Positions 35,911 through 48,330 of a DNA stretch of 64,000 nt are shown here, in pieces. The position numbers were made by a program, and so were the translations under genes. The first letter of the stretch is position 1, and every line of letters begins with the position of its first letter. This DNA comes from an uncultured Methanosarcinaceae archaeon (lineage in GTDB: Archaea > Halobacteriota > Methanosarcinia > Methanosarcinales > Methanosarcinaceae). A model generated the notes under the pieces. It did not search any database. It had not been told where the DNA came from and was given only the letters and a program-made list of their open reading frames with translations. Location: assembly GCA_963733675.1 (NCBI GenBank), contig CAVTET010000012.1:160001-224000 (forward strand), in the 5' to 3' direction.

Positions 35911-36825
35911 CTTTTTCGGAAACCTGCTGAATGTAAAGGATAACTTCATCTTTGTGATACTTGGAATAATTTTTGATTCATTACTTCCAGGCTTTATTAC
36001 GTATATTCAAAGCAGAAACTATTAAAAGCTAGCATGTGGGATTTGCAATTTGAACTGCTAAAATCATGGTAAAATCAATAATTATGATATTTTTTAGTAT
36101 CTCTGAGATCGCTAAAATTTGGCATTATAGTCCTCAAGCAAAAATTAACATGTCTAAAACTCGAAAAATATATCCATCACTAAGTAATATGTCTCTTGAA
36201 TGTGGAGGTTTACATTCAAAACTATATCTTCCTATGAAAAAGTTTGGTCAGCCTGGAACGGAGTGCTATGTACCCATCTCAAGTGCCCCATCTTTTTGAT
36301 AAAAATATCCTGCACTGACGAGAGTATAATCATATATCATATAGTGTTAAGTCTCCTTGATCGGCGAGGAAGTCCGACCAAATTTGACATGTTTTAATTT
36401 TAAATTCCTATTTTCTCACTACATTTCCCTGCTAATCAGTAGTTAATTCAATATTCAGAGAACTTTTTTGTGGTTGAAATCGCGAATTTTTTGATACCTT
36501 CCTGGCTTGTATGCTTAAAATGAAATTCTCCAACCTTCAATTCTCGTTACGGATATGAAATATTTAAGCTGTATAAAATCGGTCGTTTCATAGATTGCTA
36601 TGAGTTATAAATCAATAATTTATATTTTATGAAAAAAATGCTAACTCTGATGTAGAATTTATTTACTCAACAACTTCTTGATGTTAATGATTTTGTAGAA
36701 CAATCGACACTTTGTCGAAAAACATAGATAACAATTTTCAGATTTTCCAAAAATAGCCGATAAACTTATACCTAATAAATACCATAGTATGCTGCTGATT
36801 CATGGAACTATGTAAAGGCAATAAA

Positions 36826-36899
36826 GGGCTCGTGGTCTAGGTGGTTATGACGTCGCCTTCACACGGCGGAGATCCTGAGTTCGAATCTCAGCGGGCCCA
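36826..36899 (+). tRNA. tRNA-Val (anticodon CAC)
   Basis: GGGCTCG/CGGGCCC acceptor, TGGTCTAGGTGGTTATGAC D-arm, CGCC-TT-CAC-AC-GGCG anticodon arm, GAGTTCGAATCTC T-arm. Confidence 0.95.
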
Positions 36900-37216
36900 T
36901 CCATTTTCTTTTTTGATGTTAAGTGTGTATAGATCTCCTTTTCTAATGCGTCAACTCTTGCTTCAATGTCGGATTCTATTTCTGGTTGTACAACTCTAAG
37001 TTTGCCATAAAATTCTTTATAAAGGGAGAATACATAAACAGGTTTACTCTCCACTTCTGGGTTGTCTTTTCAATATCTAACTGTTTTACACTTGCTGACT
37101 CCTCATGAAAGAGACATTAATCGACCTAAAAAACCTTATTTTAGCCATCAGGTCGAGAAAAATCAATTTTGAGTAAAAAGCTTAAGTAAAATAAAGCAAA
37201 CATTAGACGAGATTTC

Positions 37217-37705
37217 ATGACTGAGTTTGAACATATGCTTGTAAACTCTTTTAATGCATACATTGAAGAAAATGGGATAAGAGCCGTCTCCTACAGGCTT
37301 AAACAACACAGGTTTACTCCCCAGTTTCTTGATGTGCTTGTTGATTCTCTTAATCCCGACTTATACCTGGGAATTGAGTGCAAAAGTATCTCCGTGGATA
37401 AAGGGGCAAATGCACTTTACTTCTCACAACACTTTAATGTGGACAAAAAAGGAATTCATCAGATAGAAAGGATTTCAAATTACCTAAATAAGTCAGGAAG
37501 ACGGGGATTCCTTGCTGTGGAACTTCGCCTTGGTACAGGACATAGTAGGGAAGCACATATGATCCCCTGGGAAGAACTGAAGAAAAAATATCTTACTCAG
37601 AACCTCAAATTCACATTACAGGAAATTCGGAATTTTTCGGAAATCAAAAGAGATGGAAAAGATTACAGAATCAATCCAAGTAACTGGGACTATAAGCAAA
37701 ACTGA
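37217..37705 (+). CDS. PD-(D/E)XK nuclease-like protein (Holliday-junction resolvase/RecU-like)
   Basis: EFE...FLDVLVDS....LGIECKS...HQIERI motif layout. Confidence 0.65.
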   Translation: MTEFEHMLVNSFNAYIEENGIRAVSYRLKQHRFTPQFLDVLVDSLNPDLYLGIECKSISVDKGANALYFSQHFNVDKKGIHQIERISNYLNKSGRRGFLAVELRLGTGHSREAHMIPWEELKKKYLTQNLKFTLQEIRNFSEIKRDGKDYRINPSNWDYKQN

Positions 37706-37749
37706 GAAAACGAAGATAATCTGGGACAAATAAAAATTTTGGAGAAATA

Positions 37750-39150
37750 ATGTCTGTGGCAATGAACGCACTTAAGAAAGAAGCAGTTAAGTGTGCTGAT
37801 GAAATAAAAAAACAGAGATCAATCCATGTTGTATCCCATATTGATGCTGATGGGCTGACTTCTGCGGGAATTATCTGTACAGCCCTTGAGCGGGGAAAGT
37901 TCGAATATACGACACGTTTCGTAAAGCAACTTGATGAAAAGATTCTTGATGCTATAGCCGATGAAAATCATGAAACTGTTATTTTTACTGATCTAGGAAG
38001 TGGGATGTGCGAATTGATAAAATCTCGCGGGATCAATGCTGTAATATCAGATCACCATCAGCCCCAGGGAAATATTCAATTTCACCTCAATCCCCATCTT
38101 TTTGGAGCAAACGGCTCCTATGAACTAAGTGGCTCGGGAAGTACCTATCTTCTAGGTTTGGCCCTTGGAAAGAATAACGATCTATCGCCTCTCGCCATAG
38201 TAGGAGCAGTGGGTGACATGCAGCATCTAAAAATGGGGCATCTTATTGGGATTAACAGAGAGATTCTGGAAGCAGGAGTAAAAATAAATATCCTCCAATT
38301 TAAAAAAGATCTGACACTCTTCGGAAAACAAACCCGCCCAATTTATAAATTGTTTCAGTACTCCTCAGATCCTTATCTTCCGGGACTTACAGGTAACGAA
38401 GAAGCATGCATTGAATTTCTTCATTCTCTCAACATTCGTTTCAGCAAGGATGAACGCTGGAGGCTCTGGATTGACCTTGAAACCCCGGAAAAACAAAAAA
38501 TTGTTTCAGGAGTTATTCAGTACTGCCTCAAATCGGGGATACCTTCATACAAGATAGAGCGCTTGATAGGTGAAGTTTACGTTCTTCTTAAAGAAAGAGA
38601 AGGAACAGAGATGAGGGATGCTTCAGAATTTTCTACCCTTCTAAACGCTACTGCACGCTACGATCATGCGGGAATCGGACTTTCGGTGTGCATGGGAAAT
38701 AGAGAGAAAGCTTATGAATTTGCCCGTAAATTGCTTGCCGAACATAGGCAGAACCTTGTTAATGGACTCATGTATGTTAAAGAAAACGGAGTTATCCAGC
38801 TGGAGAATATTCAATACTTCGATTCCGGTTCGGAGATAAAAGAAACCATAGTAGGAATTATTGCAGGCATGAGTTCTACGATAGTTGAGAACAGAAATCT
38901 TCCAATAATTGCATTTGCAAAAGCCGATGAAGGAATCAAAGTCTCAGGTAGGGCAACACAGGACCTTCTTCGCAGGGGAGTAAATCTTGCAAAAGCCATG
39001 TCTGTGGTCTCAGCGGAAGTTGGAGGAATGGGGGGGGGGCATGATATTGCAGCAGGAGCAACGATCCCTAAAAGCACAAAGGAAGAATTTACCCAGAAGC
39101 TTAATATGTTTATAGGAGAACAGCTACGAAAAAAAGCACTTTCAAAGTAA
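37750..39150 (+). CDS. DHH/DHHA1 phosphoesterase, RecJ-like single-stranded nuclease
   Basis: SHIDADG, TDLG, SDHH, GAVGD, LLNATAR, GGGHDIAAG. Confidence 0.9.
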   Translation: MSVAMNALKKEAVKCADEIKKQRSIHVVSHIDADGLTSAGIICTALERGKFEYTTRFVKQLDEKILDAIADENHETVIFTDLGSGMCELIKSRGINAVISDHHQPQGNIQFHLNPHLFGANGSYELSGSGSTYLLGLALGKNNDLSPLAIVGAVGDMQHLKMGHLIGINREILEAGVKINILQFKKDLTLFGKQTRPIYKLFQYSSDPYLPGLTGNEEACIEFLHSLNIRFSKDERWRLWIDLETPEKQKIVSGVIQYCLKSGIPSYKIERLIGEVYVLLKEREGTEMRDASEFSTLLNATARYDHAGIGLSVCMGNREKAYEFARKLLAEHRQNLVNGLMYVKENGVIQLENIQYFDSGSEIKETIVGIIAGMSSTIVENRNLPIIAFAKADEGIKVSGRATQDLLRRGVNLAKAMSVVSAEVGGMGGGHDIAAGATIPKSTKEEFTQKLNMFIGEQLRKKALSK

Positions 39151-39243
39151 AATACCGTTTGGGGATATACTTCAAAAAGCTTAACTTATGTGATTGATTC
39201 AGTAAAAATATAGAACTTCTTGAATAGATCAATATGAGTGTCT

Positions 39244-40002
39244 CTAATATATATCTTCAATCCTGCTCATTTCTTTGAATGAAATTAGACTTGACATCGC
39301 ACTTGTATCTATTGAAATTCCATACTCCTGTACAACCGCCATAGGATTTGTCCCTCCGATGACAACTATTCCAAGATGATCCCTCTCAATTGGAACATCT
39401 AGAACCCTTTTATTTGGTTCCCCTACTTCTAGAATTCCGCTGAACTCCGCATCCAGAAGGTCAGACAGACAAATGTCGATCGCGTCTCTCGCAATCATTG
39501 GAGCTTCTCTGAGGTTTGCAAGAATCTTGCCTGAACCTGTCCTTAGCATTTCCGAGACGGAGGTAATACCCTGTGACATCAGAATTTCAAGTGGGTCTAC
39601 GGTAGTGCTCACATAAGTTAGTACATCAGTGAAGCGCACTGGACCTCCATTCCGGATCTGAACAACTCCACCAAGTTTTGGATTTACAGGAATCCCCGCT
39701 TTGAGCAGTACACCGTCAATAGTTATACTGCATACTGTCCCGATACCTACCTTTCCCTTTTCAATATTCAGATCTCCTATAGACTCACCCTCTGAAATGA
39801 TTTTCACATAAGGTGTTACTGAAAGCCCGCTTGAGATCACCATATTAAAAATTCTCAGAACATCGTCAAGATCTTTTTTATTAATAAGTGAAAGATTAAG
39901 TATGATATTTCCATCCATTTTCTTGGGGTCGAATGTAGTCTTGTACATGAGATCCCTGATTTTAGATGACATAAATTGAAGACGGTATCCTTTTTTCTGC
40001 AT
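39244..40002 (-). CDS. nrpRII: NrpR regulatory-domain protein lacking the wHTH (NrpRII, DUF128)
   Basis: [48 protein letters not shown]; 252 aa with no N-terminal HTH. Confidence 0.8.
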   Translation of the reverse strand: MQKKGYRLQFMSSKIRDLMYKTTFDPKKMDGNIILNLSLINKKDLDDVLRIFNMVISSGLSVTPYVKIISEGESIGDLNIEKGKVGIGTVCSITIDGVLLKAGIPVNPKLGGVVQIRNGGPVRFTDVLTYVSTTVDPLEILMSQGITSVSEMLRTGSGKILANLREAPMIARDAIDICLSDLLDAEFSGILEVGEPNKRVLDVPIERDHLGIVVIGGTNPMAVVQEYGISIDTSAMSSLISFKEMSRIEDIY

Positions 40003-40638
40003 TTAAATCCTCAAGAAATGAAGGTATTTATACCTATTATAAGTTGTGTATAATTGCTAATCTGTATATTCTGAAACTTTATCGGCTCTGGCCACAGGAT
40101 ACTAATTGAAAGCTATATAATATTGACATTCTACAGATATACAGATGTAGCATTTGTTTGCCTATTTGCCTACTATTATTCATTGAAAGTCAGATTAATT
40201 CTGGCATGAAGTACATGAGGTTATCTTTCTCATGCAATCTCTCCAACATTTTTCCTATAATTAAGATCATCTAGATGATGATTTTCATAAGTTCATCAAT
40301 CAAAACGGTACTAAGTTTCTACAATTTTCCTGTTTTGAATTATTTCATTTAGTACACCATTTCATCTTCGCCAATCCAGAAAATATCTAATAGCAGTTAG
40401 AAGTTTTATCAATAAATCATAAAATGGAAATCTAAAAGTCAATTGTTGACTCACATACAACAACATCACATTTTTCTGATATAACCAGAATTTTAAGGGC
40501 GAAAATTCCATTATCACCCATCTAAATGTATTTGTTTTCACCGGATACATTGGGGACAGTAAAGTGAAAGAACGTTTTGAGAATGTCTAAACCACAACAT
40601 TTGTTTACGATTTTTGACAATTTAGGTAACTCAATTTA

Positions 40639-41510
40639 GAGCCTATCCGAAAAATAATATACTTTCAATTTAAGATCATGTGTGGTAATGACAAAACGGA
40701 AAATTGTTCAGGACTACAAAATTTCTGAAGATTATTGGGGAAAAATAGAACCTTTACTACCTGTACCTCAGCCAAAAAAGAAGTCTTGAAGACCTAGAAA
40801 GGGTGATAGGAAAATAATGAGTGGCATTTTCCGTCTCCTCTTTACTGGTTGCCAATGGAAAGCATTGCCCCGATTTTATGGAGCTTGAAGCACTGTACAT
40901 GATCGATTTCAGAAATGGCAACTATCAGGCTTATTTGAGAGCATGTGGCTGGCTGGTCTTGTCGAGTATGATTTCGAAAAAGGATTAGAATGGGAATGAC
41001 AATCAATTGATGGTGCTATGACAAAAGCACCATTAGTTGGAGCTGGAACAGGAGCCAATCCTACTGATCGTGGCAAAAAAGGTACAAAAAGGATTGTTTT
41101 AACTGATGGTAAAGGCATATCACTTTCTGTTGTCGTTGATGGAGCCAATCGTCACGATAAAAAGCTTGTAAAAAGGACTTTAGACGCCATATTCTTTGAA
41201 AGATCTTCTCCAGAAGACATAATTCAGAATATGTGCATGGATAAGGGTTATGATTTCACAGATATCAGAAAATTGGTTGAAGACTATGGTTATACTGCGC
41301 ATATCAAAAGTCGTGGAGAAGAAAACATAAGAAGAGGCATACCTGGTTTTAGGGCAAGAAGATGGGTTGTAGAAAGGACACATTCTTGGCTGAATAGATT
41401 CAAAAGACTCCTTATAAGATGGGAAAAGAAAATTGAAAATTAATCTGTTATGTTCCCTTTAACAGGTGCCTAGATAACCTTTAGAGCAGCGGAACTTTTT
41501 GGATAGTCTC
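40639..41510 (+). mobile_element. IS5-family (IS427/IS1031-like) element, transposase inactivated
   Basis: IRs GAGCCTATCCGAAAA / TTTTGGATAGTCTC; LFTGCQWKALP, IDG, NPTDRGKKGTKR, GANRHD, MDKGYD, RWVVERT; several internal stops. Confidence 0.9.
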
Positions 41511-41589
41511 TTCATGAATTTGGATAAAATTCTATTGTCGTTTAAAAGTGGCGAAGAAACAATAAAAATTAGAATGACTCTCTAGTGAT

Positions 41590-42433
41590 ATCATTTTGAG
41601 CAACAAAGTAAAACTGCTCTGCAATTTCCATACTACTCTTAAGGTTAGTAATTTTCATATCAAATTTACAGGCAAATTTCTTAAAGTTTTCATCAAATTC
41701 GGAATTATTTGTACATTCGGTATTTATTTTTGCAGCCATACAATAAAGAGATTTTTATAGATGCTCGTTGTTAAAATCCAGACCTTTAGCTTCATTCCCT
41801 AGGCGTTTCCAGCTAGAAGCCCACATAGAAGTCAGATAAATCGTCCCTATATCTCTAAAATTGAACATGCATCTGCATAAGCCTCATTTCCTCCAAGAGC
41901 TAAATTGATGCAGTCTTCTATCATCTCTCCTTCCTTATCCTCCAGGAAAGAAAGCGAACATCCAAGATCTACAAAGTCTTCTTCCAGTTTTCCTTAATGT
42001 ATGCCCACAAATATCATAAAAAATCAATATATTATCCGAAAAGCAAGCCATTTCCAGAATATTTTCGTACACTTTGCCTTCAATTGCTCAAGATCCGAAT
42101 ATAGGTCCAGTCTTAACAGGTTCACGACAACAGTTACCTTTTTTGCTCTATTAGTTCCCTTTTTTTGTGAATTTTTTTGAAAAAGGGAAATAAGGACAAC
42201 AACTTTATAAATAGTTTTAAATATGGGTTGTCTGCATCTTCGAGAAGCATTGGGATCCTATCCAGGAAGACTGTTCTATGAGTACAGTTTTTTGACTTAA
42301 GCTTTTGAAGGAATTATAAATTGTCCCGATTTTCCACAACGATTAGCTGCTTAAGTTCAGAATCTTTTTAAGATAATATATGTACTAGCTCGTCTTCAAG
42401 CATTCCACGGGCAATAATACTCAGTAAAGACAT
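41590..42433 (-). pseudogene. DUF1638-like protein, degraded
   Basis: MSLLSIIARGMLEDELVHI..., DKEGEMIEDCINLALGGNEAY, IYLTSMWASSW fragments with frameshifts and stops. Confidence 0.65.
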
Positions 42434-42769
42434 GTTCTCTAATTTTCTTCTAAAGTATTTATTAGGTCTCATTCACAATTCATCCAGGTCTAAAGGGTAT
42501 AAGTTTAGAGCCTACCCAGAAAATCAATAATTAATGTTGTAAAATTACAAAATGATAGTGTACCAAAAGTTCTGTAAAATATGACAGGATGCAGAGCCAA
42601 TAGTTTAACTGAAAAGATTCTAATTTTCACGATTGTAAAGCCGGATGACCACTGCTTCAGATGTGGGTCCCCGGTCTTATAATAGTAAATATAAAAAATG
42701 AATAGGCTGCTGATAGTCTCAAGGTGGGGTCTCATTTGATGGCAATGGGACTGTATGCTAGCCCCCACA

Positions 42770-43190
42770 AAATCGTCGTGAAAATCGATTACTGAATCAC
42801 AATTACTCTACATTCACCGGCTTTGTAATCAGAGTTACAGGTCTTCAATACATTGATTGGAGCCGTTGCTGATGTTCTATTATAGCCTATGAAATCTATT
42901 GGTATGAATAAAACATTCAACATTTGGAGACCTACATTCAATACAGTTACTGATGATGGTATATAAATAAAATTTTCAGGTACTGAAACATTTGCATCTA
43001 GCTAAGCGCTGCGCAATGCTATCCCATAAGTAAAGTTAGCAAGATCACTCTAGGTAATTATAGGAGTCGCCTTTGTTACACAGTGGACCCAGGGCATAAA
43101 AATTGCCCGCAGGGAGATGGATAGGATCCGATAGGCACAATGGCTGTGATAGTGTTTGTGGATATGTTAATACAGAGATAGTGTCATCTT
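42770..43190 (-). pseudogene. Fragment of a surface protein: YVTN beta-propeller end plus Ig/MBG-like repeat
   Basis: Reverse strand DDTISV...TNTITAIVPIGSYP followed by TKATPIIT.SDLANFTYGIAL....LDANVSVP. Confidence 0.6.
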
Positions 43191-43353
43191 AATGTTACAA
43201 AATTTAAACTCCCAAATTCTCAAATGGTTATAAGTTTCTCTAAATTCTCGATACTTAATTCAAAAATAAAAAAAATTATAATTTGGGTACCATAATTACG
43301 GTAAAATAGTTTTCAGATCAGTAATTCACCAAATTTTTCCTGAAATTCTGGAA

Positions 43354-43977
43354 TTATGCTTTTTGCGTGCTTTGAATTTGCTTGAAGAGCATATCGATTT
43401 TCTCCCAGTTGACTATATTCCAGAATGCATCTATGAATTTGCTTCTTTCATTCTTGTAGTCAATGTAGTAGGCGTGTTCCCATACGTCCAGAACCATTAG
43501 AATCGGGAAACTTGGAATTATATTAACATTGTGCTTTTCTATCTGCATGATTCCGAGTCTTTTAGTACCTTTGCAGAAACTTAATGCTGCCCAACCGGAA
43601 CCTTCAACACTTGATGCGACCTGTGTAAACTCCTTTTTAAACATTTCAAAATTTCCGAAATCTTCCTTGATCACTTCAGACATTTCACCGACTGGTTCTT
43701 TATTGGAATTGTTTGCAGGAGTCAGTTCCCACCAAAAATAATCATGAAGGACATGTCCTCCCAAATTAAAAGCCAAAGCTTTTGCATTTGCCTTGTAATC
43801 AAAATCAGTTCCTGCTGCTCTTGCTTTGTCCATGGTTTGCAAAATTGAATTCACATTAGTCACATAAGCCTGATGATGTTTGTTATGGTGTATTCTTAAC
43901 TGTTCCTCGGAAATATAAGGCTCTAATTCTGCATATCCGTATTCCAAACTCGGTAATAGGTACATTTCCTTAGCCAT
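43354..43977 (-). CDS. sod: Fe/Mn superoxide dismutase
   Basis: [43 protein letters not shown]. Confidence 0.95.
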   Translation of the reverse strand: MAKEMYLLPSLEYGYAELEPYISEEQLRIHHNKHHQAYVTNVNSILQTMDKARAAGTDFDYKANAKALAFNLGGHVLHDYFWWELTPANNSNKEPVGEMSEVIKEDFGNFEMFKKEFTQVASSVEGSGWAALSFCKGTKRLGIMQIEKHNVNIIPSFPILMVLDVWEHAYYIDYKNERSKFIDAFWNIVNWEKIDMLFKQIQSTQKA

Positions 43978-44700
43978 ATTTATCCAGCCTTCTCATATTT
44001 ATCTGATTTACAAAACTTGTTCAGGAACCTGATTATATGCATTCCAATTCAATAATTCCATTTACAAATTTTGAGAATCAATTTCCCTTTGAATATTTTT
44101 AAAAAAATATGTCTATCCAGCTAATCTGCCGCTTTATCAATTCAAATAACCATCAAAATTCCATATGACAATCTTGATGTAAAATACAGTTATACATCAA
44201 ACATATTTAAAGGTAAAAGGTAAAGCAATATTTATGAATTTCGTCAGTTAAGAAGCCAGTTCTATCAATATAAGAGTATGATAAAATTAGTTAAAGTAAT
44301 GAAATAGTTGATTATGTCAACGAAAAATTTATATACTTCTGATACAGACATAACCAAGTTAATGTCTATATCCTCTAAATTATATCGTCTCTTTTATATA
44401 TTGCCTTTACATGATGCAGCAAGCTATAGTTCTCAAGGAGTTTTAAATGTCTCATTACAGTCGAATACCTTGCAGCTTGATCAGAATAGAAACTTTCCCG
44501 AGAACAGTTCGGACTAAATGAGTTAATTTGAAAGCTAATTGTGTATCATAGAATGAAGCTAAGTAATGGAAAACCATTGTGTCTATACAAATAAGATATT
44601 AAATGGTTTTTTTGTATAGTATCGTAAAAATTTATTTTATACAATAACATAATCAATTCATAAAGGTAATATATACCATTTTTTTCCAGAATAGACATTT

Positions 44701-45462
44701 TCAGTATTCAATTTCGGCAATTATGATTTTTAGATGTTCTTGAATTTCGGAAATCGCTTCCGAGAGTGCTCTTTTGTTATCATAGGTCATAATTAATTTC
44801 ACAAGCTCATCTTTTCTTTCTTGTTTTATCTCTCTTCCAAATCTAACCATGTTATCCAGAGCTCTGGTAAGGTTATCAACAATGGATATAGTAGCTGTTC
44901 TGGAGGTTCTGGAAAGGGGATTTAGATCAATGGTAATTACAGTTTTGCCCATTTCTACAAGTTTTTCACAACGGTCCCCATCTTCTAGTGGAATGAGCAC
45001 GACATCTGCGGTATAGATCCCCTTTCTCTCTACTAGTCGTCTGCCACTGGAAAGCTCAAGGCTTGCGTCAGGATTTTTCCCGAGAACTTCCCCAGCTCCT
45101 TTTGCTTTCATTTGTTCTATTATAAGGTGTACCCGCGTTTCAGTCCTGTGAAAAAGATTTACTTCAATCTTGGCCCCTGTGATGTCTGCTAGAGAAACGA
45201 CTCTTTCAGGGGCTAAGGCTGCAACATTACCATTTATGGAAATCACTGGTTTCTTTGCTAGAAGAATAGCAGCAACTGCTGCCCTCTCAGCATACAGGGC
45301 TGACTCTGTGCTCCGCTCGCCTATGAGATAATCAAAGCTTTCGCCTCTACCCTGCGAAATCAGCCCTTGAATGCTTGTAATTCCTATTTTTACCCCAGCT
45401 ACAACTTTTTCACGGGCAAGCAGGGACTCATACCTTGGGTGGTCTTTTGGTATTTCAGTCAT
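44701..45462 (-). CDS. 4-phosphopantoate--beta-alanine ligase (phosphopantothenate synthetase)
   Basis: IPKDHPRYESLLARE, GRGESFDYLIGE, SINGNVAAL, PLEDGDR, IDLNPLSRT. Confidence 0.92.
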   Translation of the reverse strand: MTEIPKDHPRYESLLAREKVVAGVKIGITSIQGLISQGRGESFDYLIGERSTESALYAERAAVAAILLAKKPVISINGNVAALAPERVVSLADITGAKIEVNLFHRTETRVHLIIEQMKAKGAGEVLGKNPDASLELSSGRRLVERKGIYTADVVLIPLEDGDRCEKLVEMGKTVITIDLNPLSRTSRTATISIVDNLTRALDNMVRFGREIKQERKDELVKLIMTYDNKRALSEAISEIQEHLKIIIAEIEY

Positions 45463-45864
45463 TTATGTTGCCTACTTTTTGCTTGTTAGCTTAATTTTTA
45501 TCATTTATTTTGGTTATTGCTTTCTGACTGTTTATTGTTATTTTAAGGAAAGTTTTTACTCTGCAAGTTTTTAATCCTAAAATAGCTGGTGTTATCACTA
45601 CCTTATTATATTTAGTTTAAGTCTTCAAATTTTGTCCTGGATAGACTTTGAAAGATAATCTGAATAATGTTATCAATACGACCACATCATTAGTTTTTTA
45701 AGTTAACTTGGAGAACCCTGTATTAAATTTTGGAATTTAGATAAACCACACATTTTTTCCCGATGGTGATAAATAACAAATAATTCGTGAAAATCAGAAG
45801 TTTATCGAAATCGCTTTATGTTTTCTCCTAATATTCAAAAAATAAATAGGTTTTATCCTGAGGC

Positions 45865-46767
45865 TCATTCATGAATTAATTTGGGCACACATGTGCTAAT
45901 ATTATATTCCAACACCTGACCGAATTCCTGGAGGGCTTCATAAATCGTAAATTCCTGGCAATGAGGGGCAATTACAAAAACTGCATCCCCAAACATCGCC
46001 TGAGAAGCCATCCATCCGTTTGCGTTTGTAACTTCAATGATATCCTTTGCCCTGCTGCTCATAAGGCCGGTTTTACTCGCAAACTCCTTTGCTTGGTACA
46101 TAAAATTTTCAAGAGTAGGCTTTTTAAGCAGCTCTGACATTGCGTCTTTTCCTGCAGAATTAATTCTCCCAACTGCAGCCTTGTCTTTCAGGACAGAATT
46201 CGTGGAGATCTCACCGAGAACAATACAATAAACCCTGGATTCGGGAACTGGAATACCATCCATAAGTCCAAATTTTGATCCTCCAGGATGTATTCGAATT
46301 ACCACTCCACCACTAGATATGCCAGCAACGTCTCCAAGCCCGCTGTAATTGACAACTTCTGCTACATGGGCATATTCAACCAAGCTTTTTGTTGTCTGGT
46401 TCAGAGAAAGCGCTTTGTTGAGGGCATAGGCCGTCCCGAGAGCTCCGGCACCTGAAGCTCCAAATCCGCATCCAATCGGAATTTCTGTCCAGCTCTTAAT
46501 CCTTACAGGTACATCAGTGATCATTTCTGCGACTGTACGGGTTGTTCTGCCTTCAACTTCCTTACCGTTGAGAAATATCTCTGTTTTCTCTATGGATTCC
46601 CCAACTTTAACCTCGGTGGTAACTCCCCCGTTCAGGACAATTCCGCAGCCTGTAGAACCTTTGCGATGAGGATTTTCATGTTCGTAGATCTGAAAAAAAC
46701 CTGTGATATGGCCAGGTGCATAAGCTTTTGCATAAAAGTCTGCTACTTCAATCTGATATTTGTGCAT
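45865..46767 (-). CDS. Pantoate kinase (GHMP kinase family)
   Basis: APGHITGFF, GSTGCG, PIGCGFGASGAGALG, AHVAEV..SGLGDV, SQAMFG; lies in the CoA cluster. Confidence 0.92.
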   Translation of the reverse strand: MHKYQIEVADFYAKAYAPGHITGFFQIYEHENPHRKGSTGCGIVLNGGVTTEVKVGESIEKTEIFLNGKEVEGRTTRTVAEMITDVPVRIKSWTEIPIGCGFGASGAGALGTAYALNKALSLNQTTKSLVEYAHVAEVVNYSGLGDVAGISSGGVVIRIHPGGSKFGLMDGIPVPESRVYCIVLGEISTNSVLKDKAAVGRINSAGKDAMSELLKKPTLENFMYQAKEFASKTGLMSSRAKDIIEVTNANGWMASQAMFGDAVFVIAPHCQEFTIYEALQEFGQVLEYNISTCVPKLIHE

Positions 46768-46968
46768 AGAAAGCGCCTATTATAACTTGAATAGATTTTT
46801 CAAAGTTCGTTCCTGTTCTGCAGAATGCTTCGCATTTTGCAGATCTATTCAGGATTGAATGCAGCTATTTATCTTTGGATATAGCTATTCTTATCGAATA
46901 TATATTTAGCATCTAATTATGCTTATCACAATTATACGGCTTCAACTTGATTTCATAATTTTAGAAAA

Positions 46969-48330
46969 CTATTTGTCATTCAAAAGCTCGATGATTTCTT
47001 CAATAATCGAAGCTGCAAGTTTCCTTTTGTTTCCGCTTATGTGCTTAAGCTCACCTTTTTTTCTTCCGATCAGGTAAAGTTCGTTTTCCTCGGTGCCCAT
47101 TCCACCTTTTCCGACATCATTTGCTGCAATCAGATCCAGTTTTGATCTCTCAAGTATTGCAGTTGCCCTTCTGAGGAGCTCCTCCCTTCCAACTCCAGTT
47201 TCGGCTTTAAAGCCAATGATCATGAGATCAGAATACCTGTTACGGCATTCTTTTATTAATTTGCGGGTCGGTTTCAGCTTTAAAACAAGTTCTTCACCCG
47301 ATTTTATCTTTTCAGTAGAAGGCTCAGCTGTATAGTCTGCAATTGCTGCCTCGCTGATAAGGATATCATATCCTTTCTTCAATTCAGATAGCACTGCATC
47401 TGTCATTTCTGCGGCGCTTTCTACCAAAATTTCCCTAATTCCTGGAATATTCAGTCTATTGCGATGTACCACTGTTACATCGGCTCCTCTGCGGTAAGCT
47501 TCAAGAGCAAGCTCCCTTCCGGTTTTCCCTGAGGCTCGATTCGTGAGGATGCGTATAGGATCGAGAATTTCGGCGGTAGAACCGCTTGTGATGATTACCT
47601 TTCTGTTTTCAAGACTCTTTTCTCCCAGAGCCCTTTCTACCTCTAGCACTATTTCTTCATTTGATGCTATTTTTGCGATGCCTTCTTCCAATTTTGGGCC
47701 TACAATAAAAAGTCCCCAGGTTTTCAGTTTTATTATATTCTCAACTACAGCCGGGTGCCTATACATTGACTCATGCATTGCGGGGACAAGTATCAAAGGC
47801 ATGCCTGAGCCAATAGCTGTTGTTGCAAAGGAAGTGACGGTTGTATCATCTATTCCGGATGCTATTTTTCCTATGGTATTTGCTGTTGCAGGGGCTATCA
47901 GAAGAACATCAGCCCTGCCTTTGAGTCCACAAAATTCCACATGCTCCACTCTGCCTCTCAGCTCAGTAATTACAGAGTTTCCGGTAGCATAATGCAGGGC
48001 ATCGGGATGTAGTATATGCCTGGCCGCATCAGTCATAACTGCATGGACTTTAGCTCCGTTCCTGATAAGTTCTCTTGCAAGTTCAACTACCCTGACTGCT
48101 CCAATACTTCCCGTAACGCCAAGTACTATAGTTTTTCCAATAAGTGAGGAGCTCTTATGGCCTTCAATCCAGAGCGTGGGATGAAAATCTTCAGATTTGA
48201 ACTTTGTGGTATTTTGCCCCTTTTCGTTATAAACATCATTTACTCTATCCGTTTCCCTTCGATCAGATTTTTCCTTATTAGAGTTTGTCTGGTCCTTATG
48301 ATTTTTAGAGTATTTCAATGGGGTTTTCAT
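46969..48330 (-). CDS. coaBC: Bifunctional phosphopantothenoylcysteine decarboxylase/synthetase
   Basis: GVTGSIGA, APATANTIGKIASGIDD, PAMHESM, T.E.LDPIR.LTNRASGKTG, AAIADY, GFKAET, AANDV. Confidence 0.95.
   Translation of the reverse strand: MKTPLKYSKNHKDQTNSNKEKSDRRETDRVNDVYNEKGQNTTKFKSEDFHPTLWIEGHKSSSLIGKTIVLGVTGSIGAVRVVELARELIRNGAKVHAVMTDAARHILHPDALHYATGNSVITELRGRVEHVEFCGLKGRADVLLIAPATANTIGKIASGIDDTTVTSFATTAIGSGMPLILVPAMHESMYRHPAVVENIIKLKTWGLFIVGPKLEEGIAKIASNEEIVLEVERALGEKSLENRKVIITSGSTAEILDPIRILTNRASGKTGRELALEAYRRGADVTVVHRNRLNIPGIREILVESAAEMTDAVLSELKKGYDILISEAAIADYTAEPSTEKIKSGEELVLKLKPTRKLIKECRNRYSDLMIIGFKAETGVGREELLRRATAILERSKLDLIAANDVGKGGMGTEENELYLIGRKKGELKHISGNKRKLAASIIEEIIELLNDK

Noticed and set aside
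47093-47992. + strand ORFs of 80 and 149 aa
   Set aside because: Antisense shadows of coaBC. The same applies to the short ORFs overlapping mer, rps3ae, the DHH nuclease, sod and yhbY.
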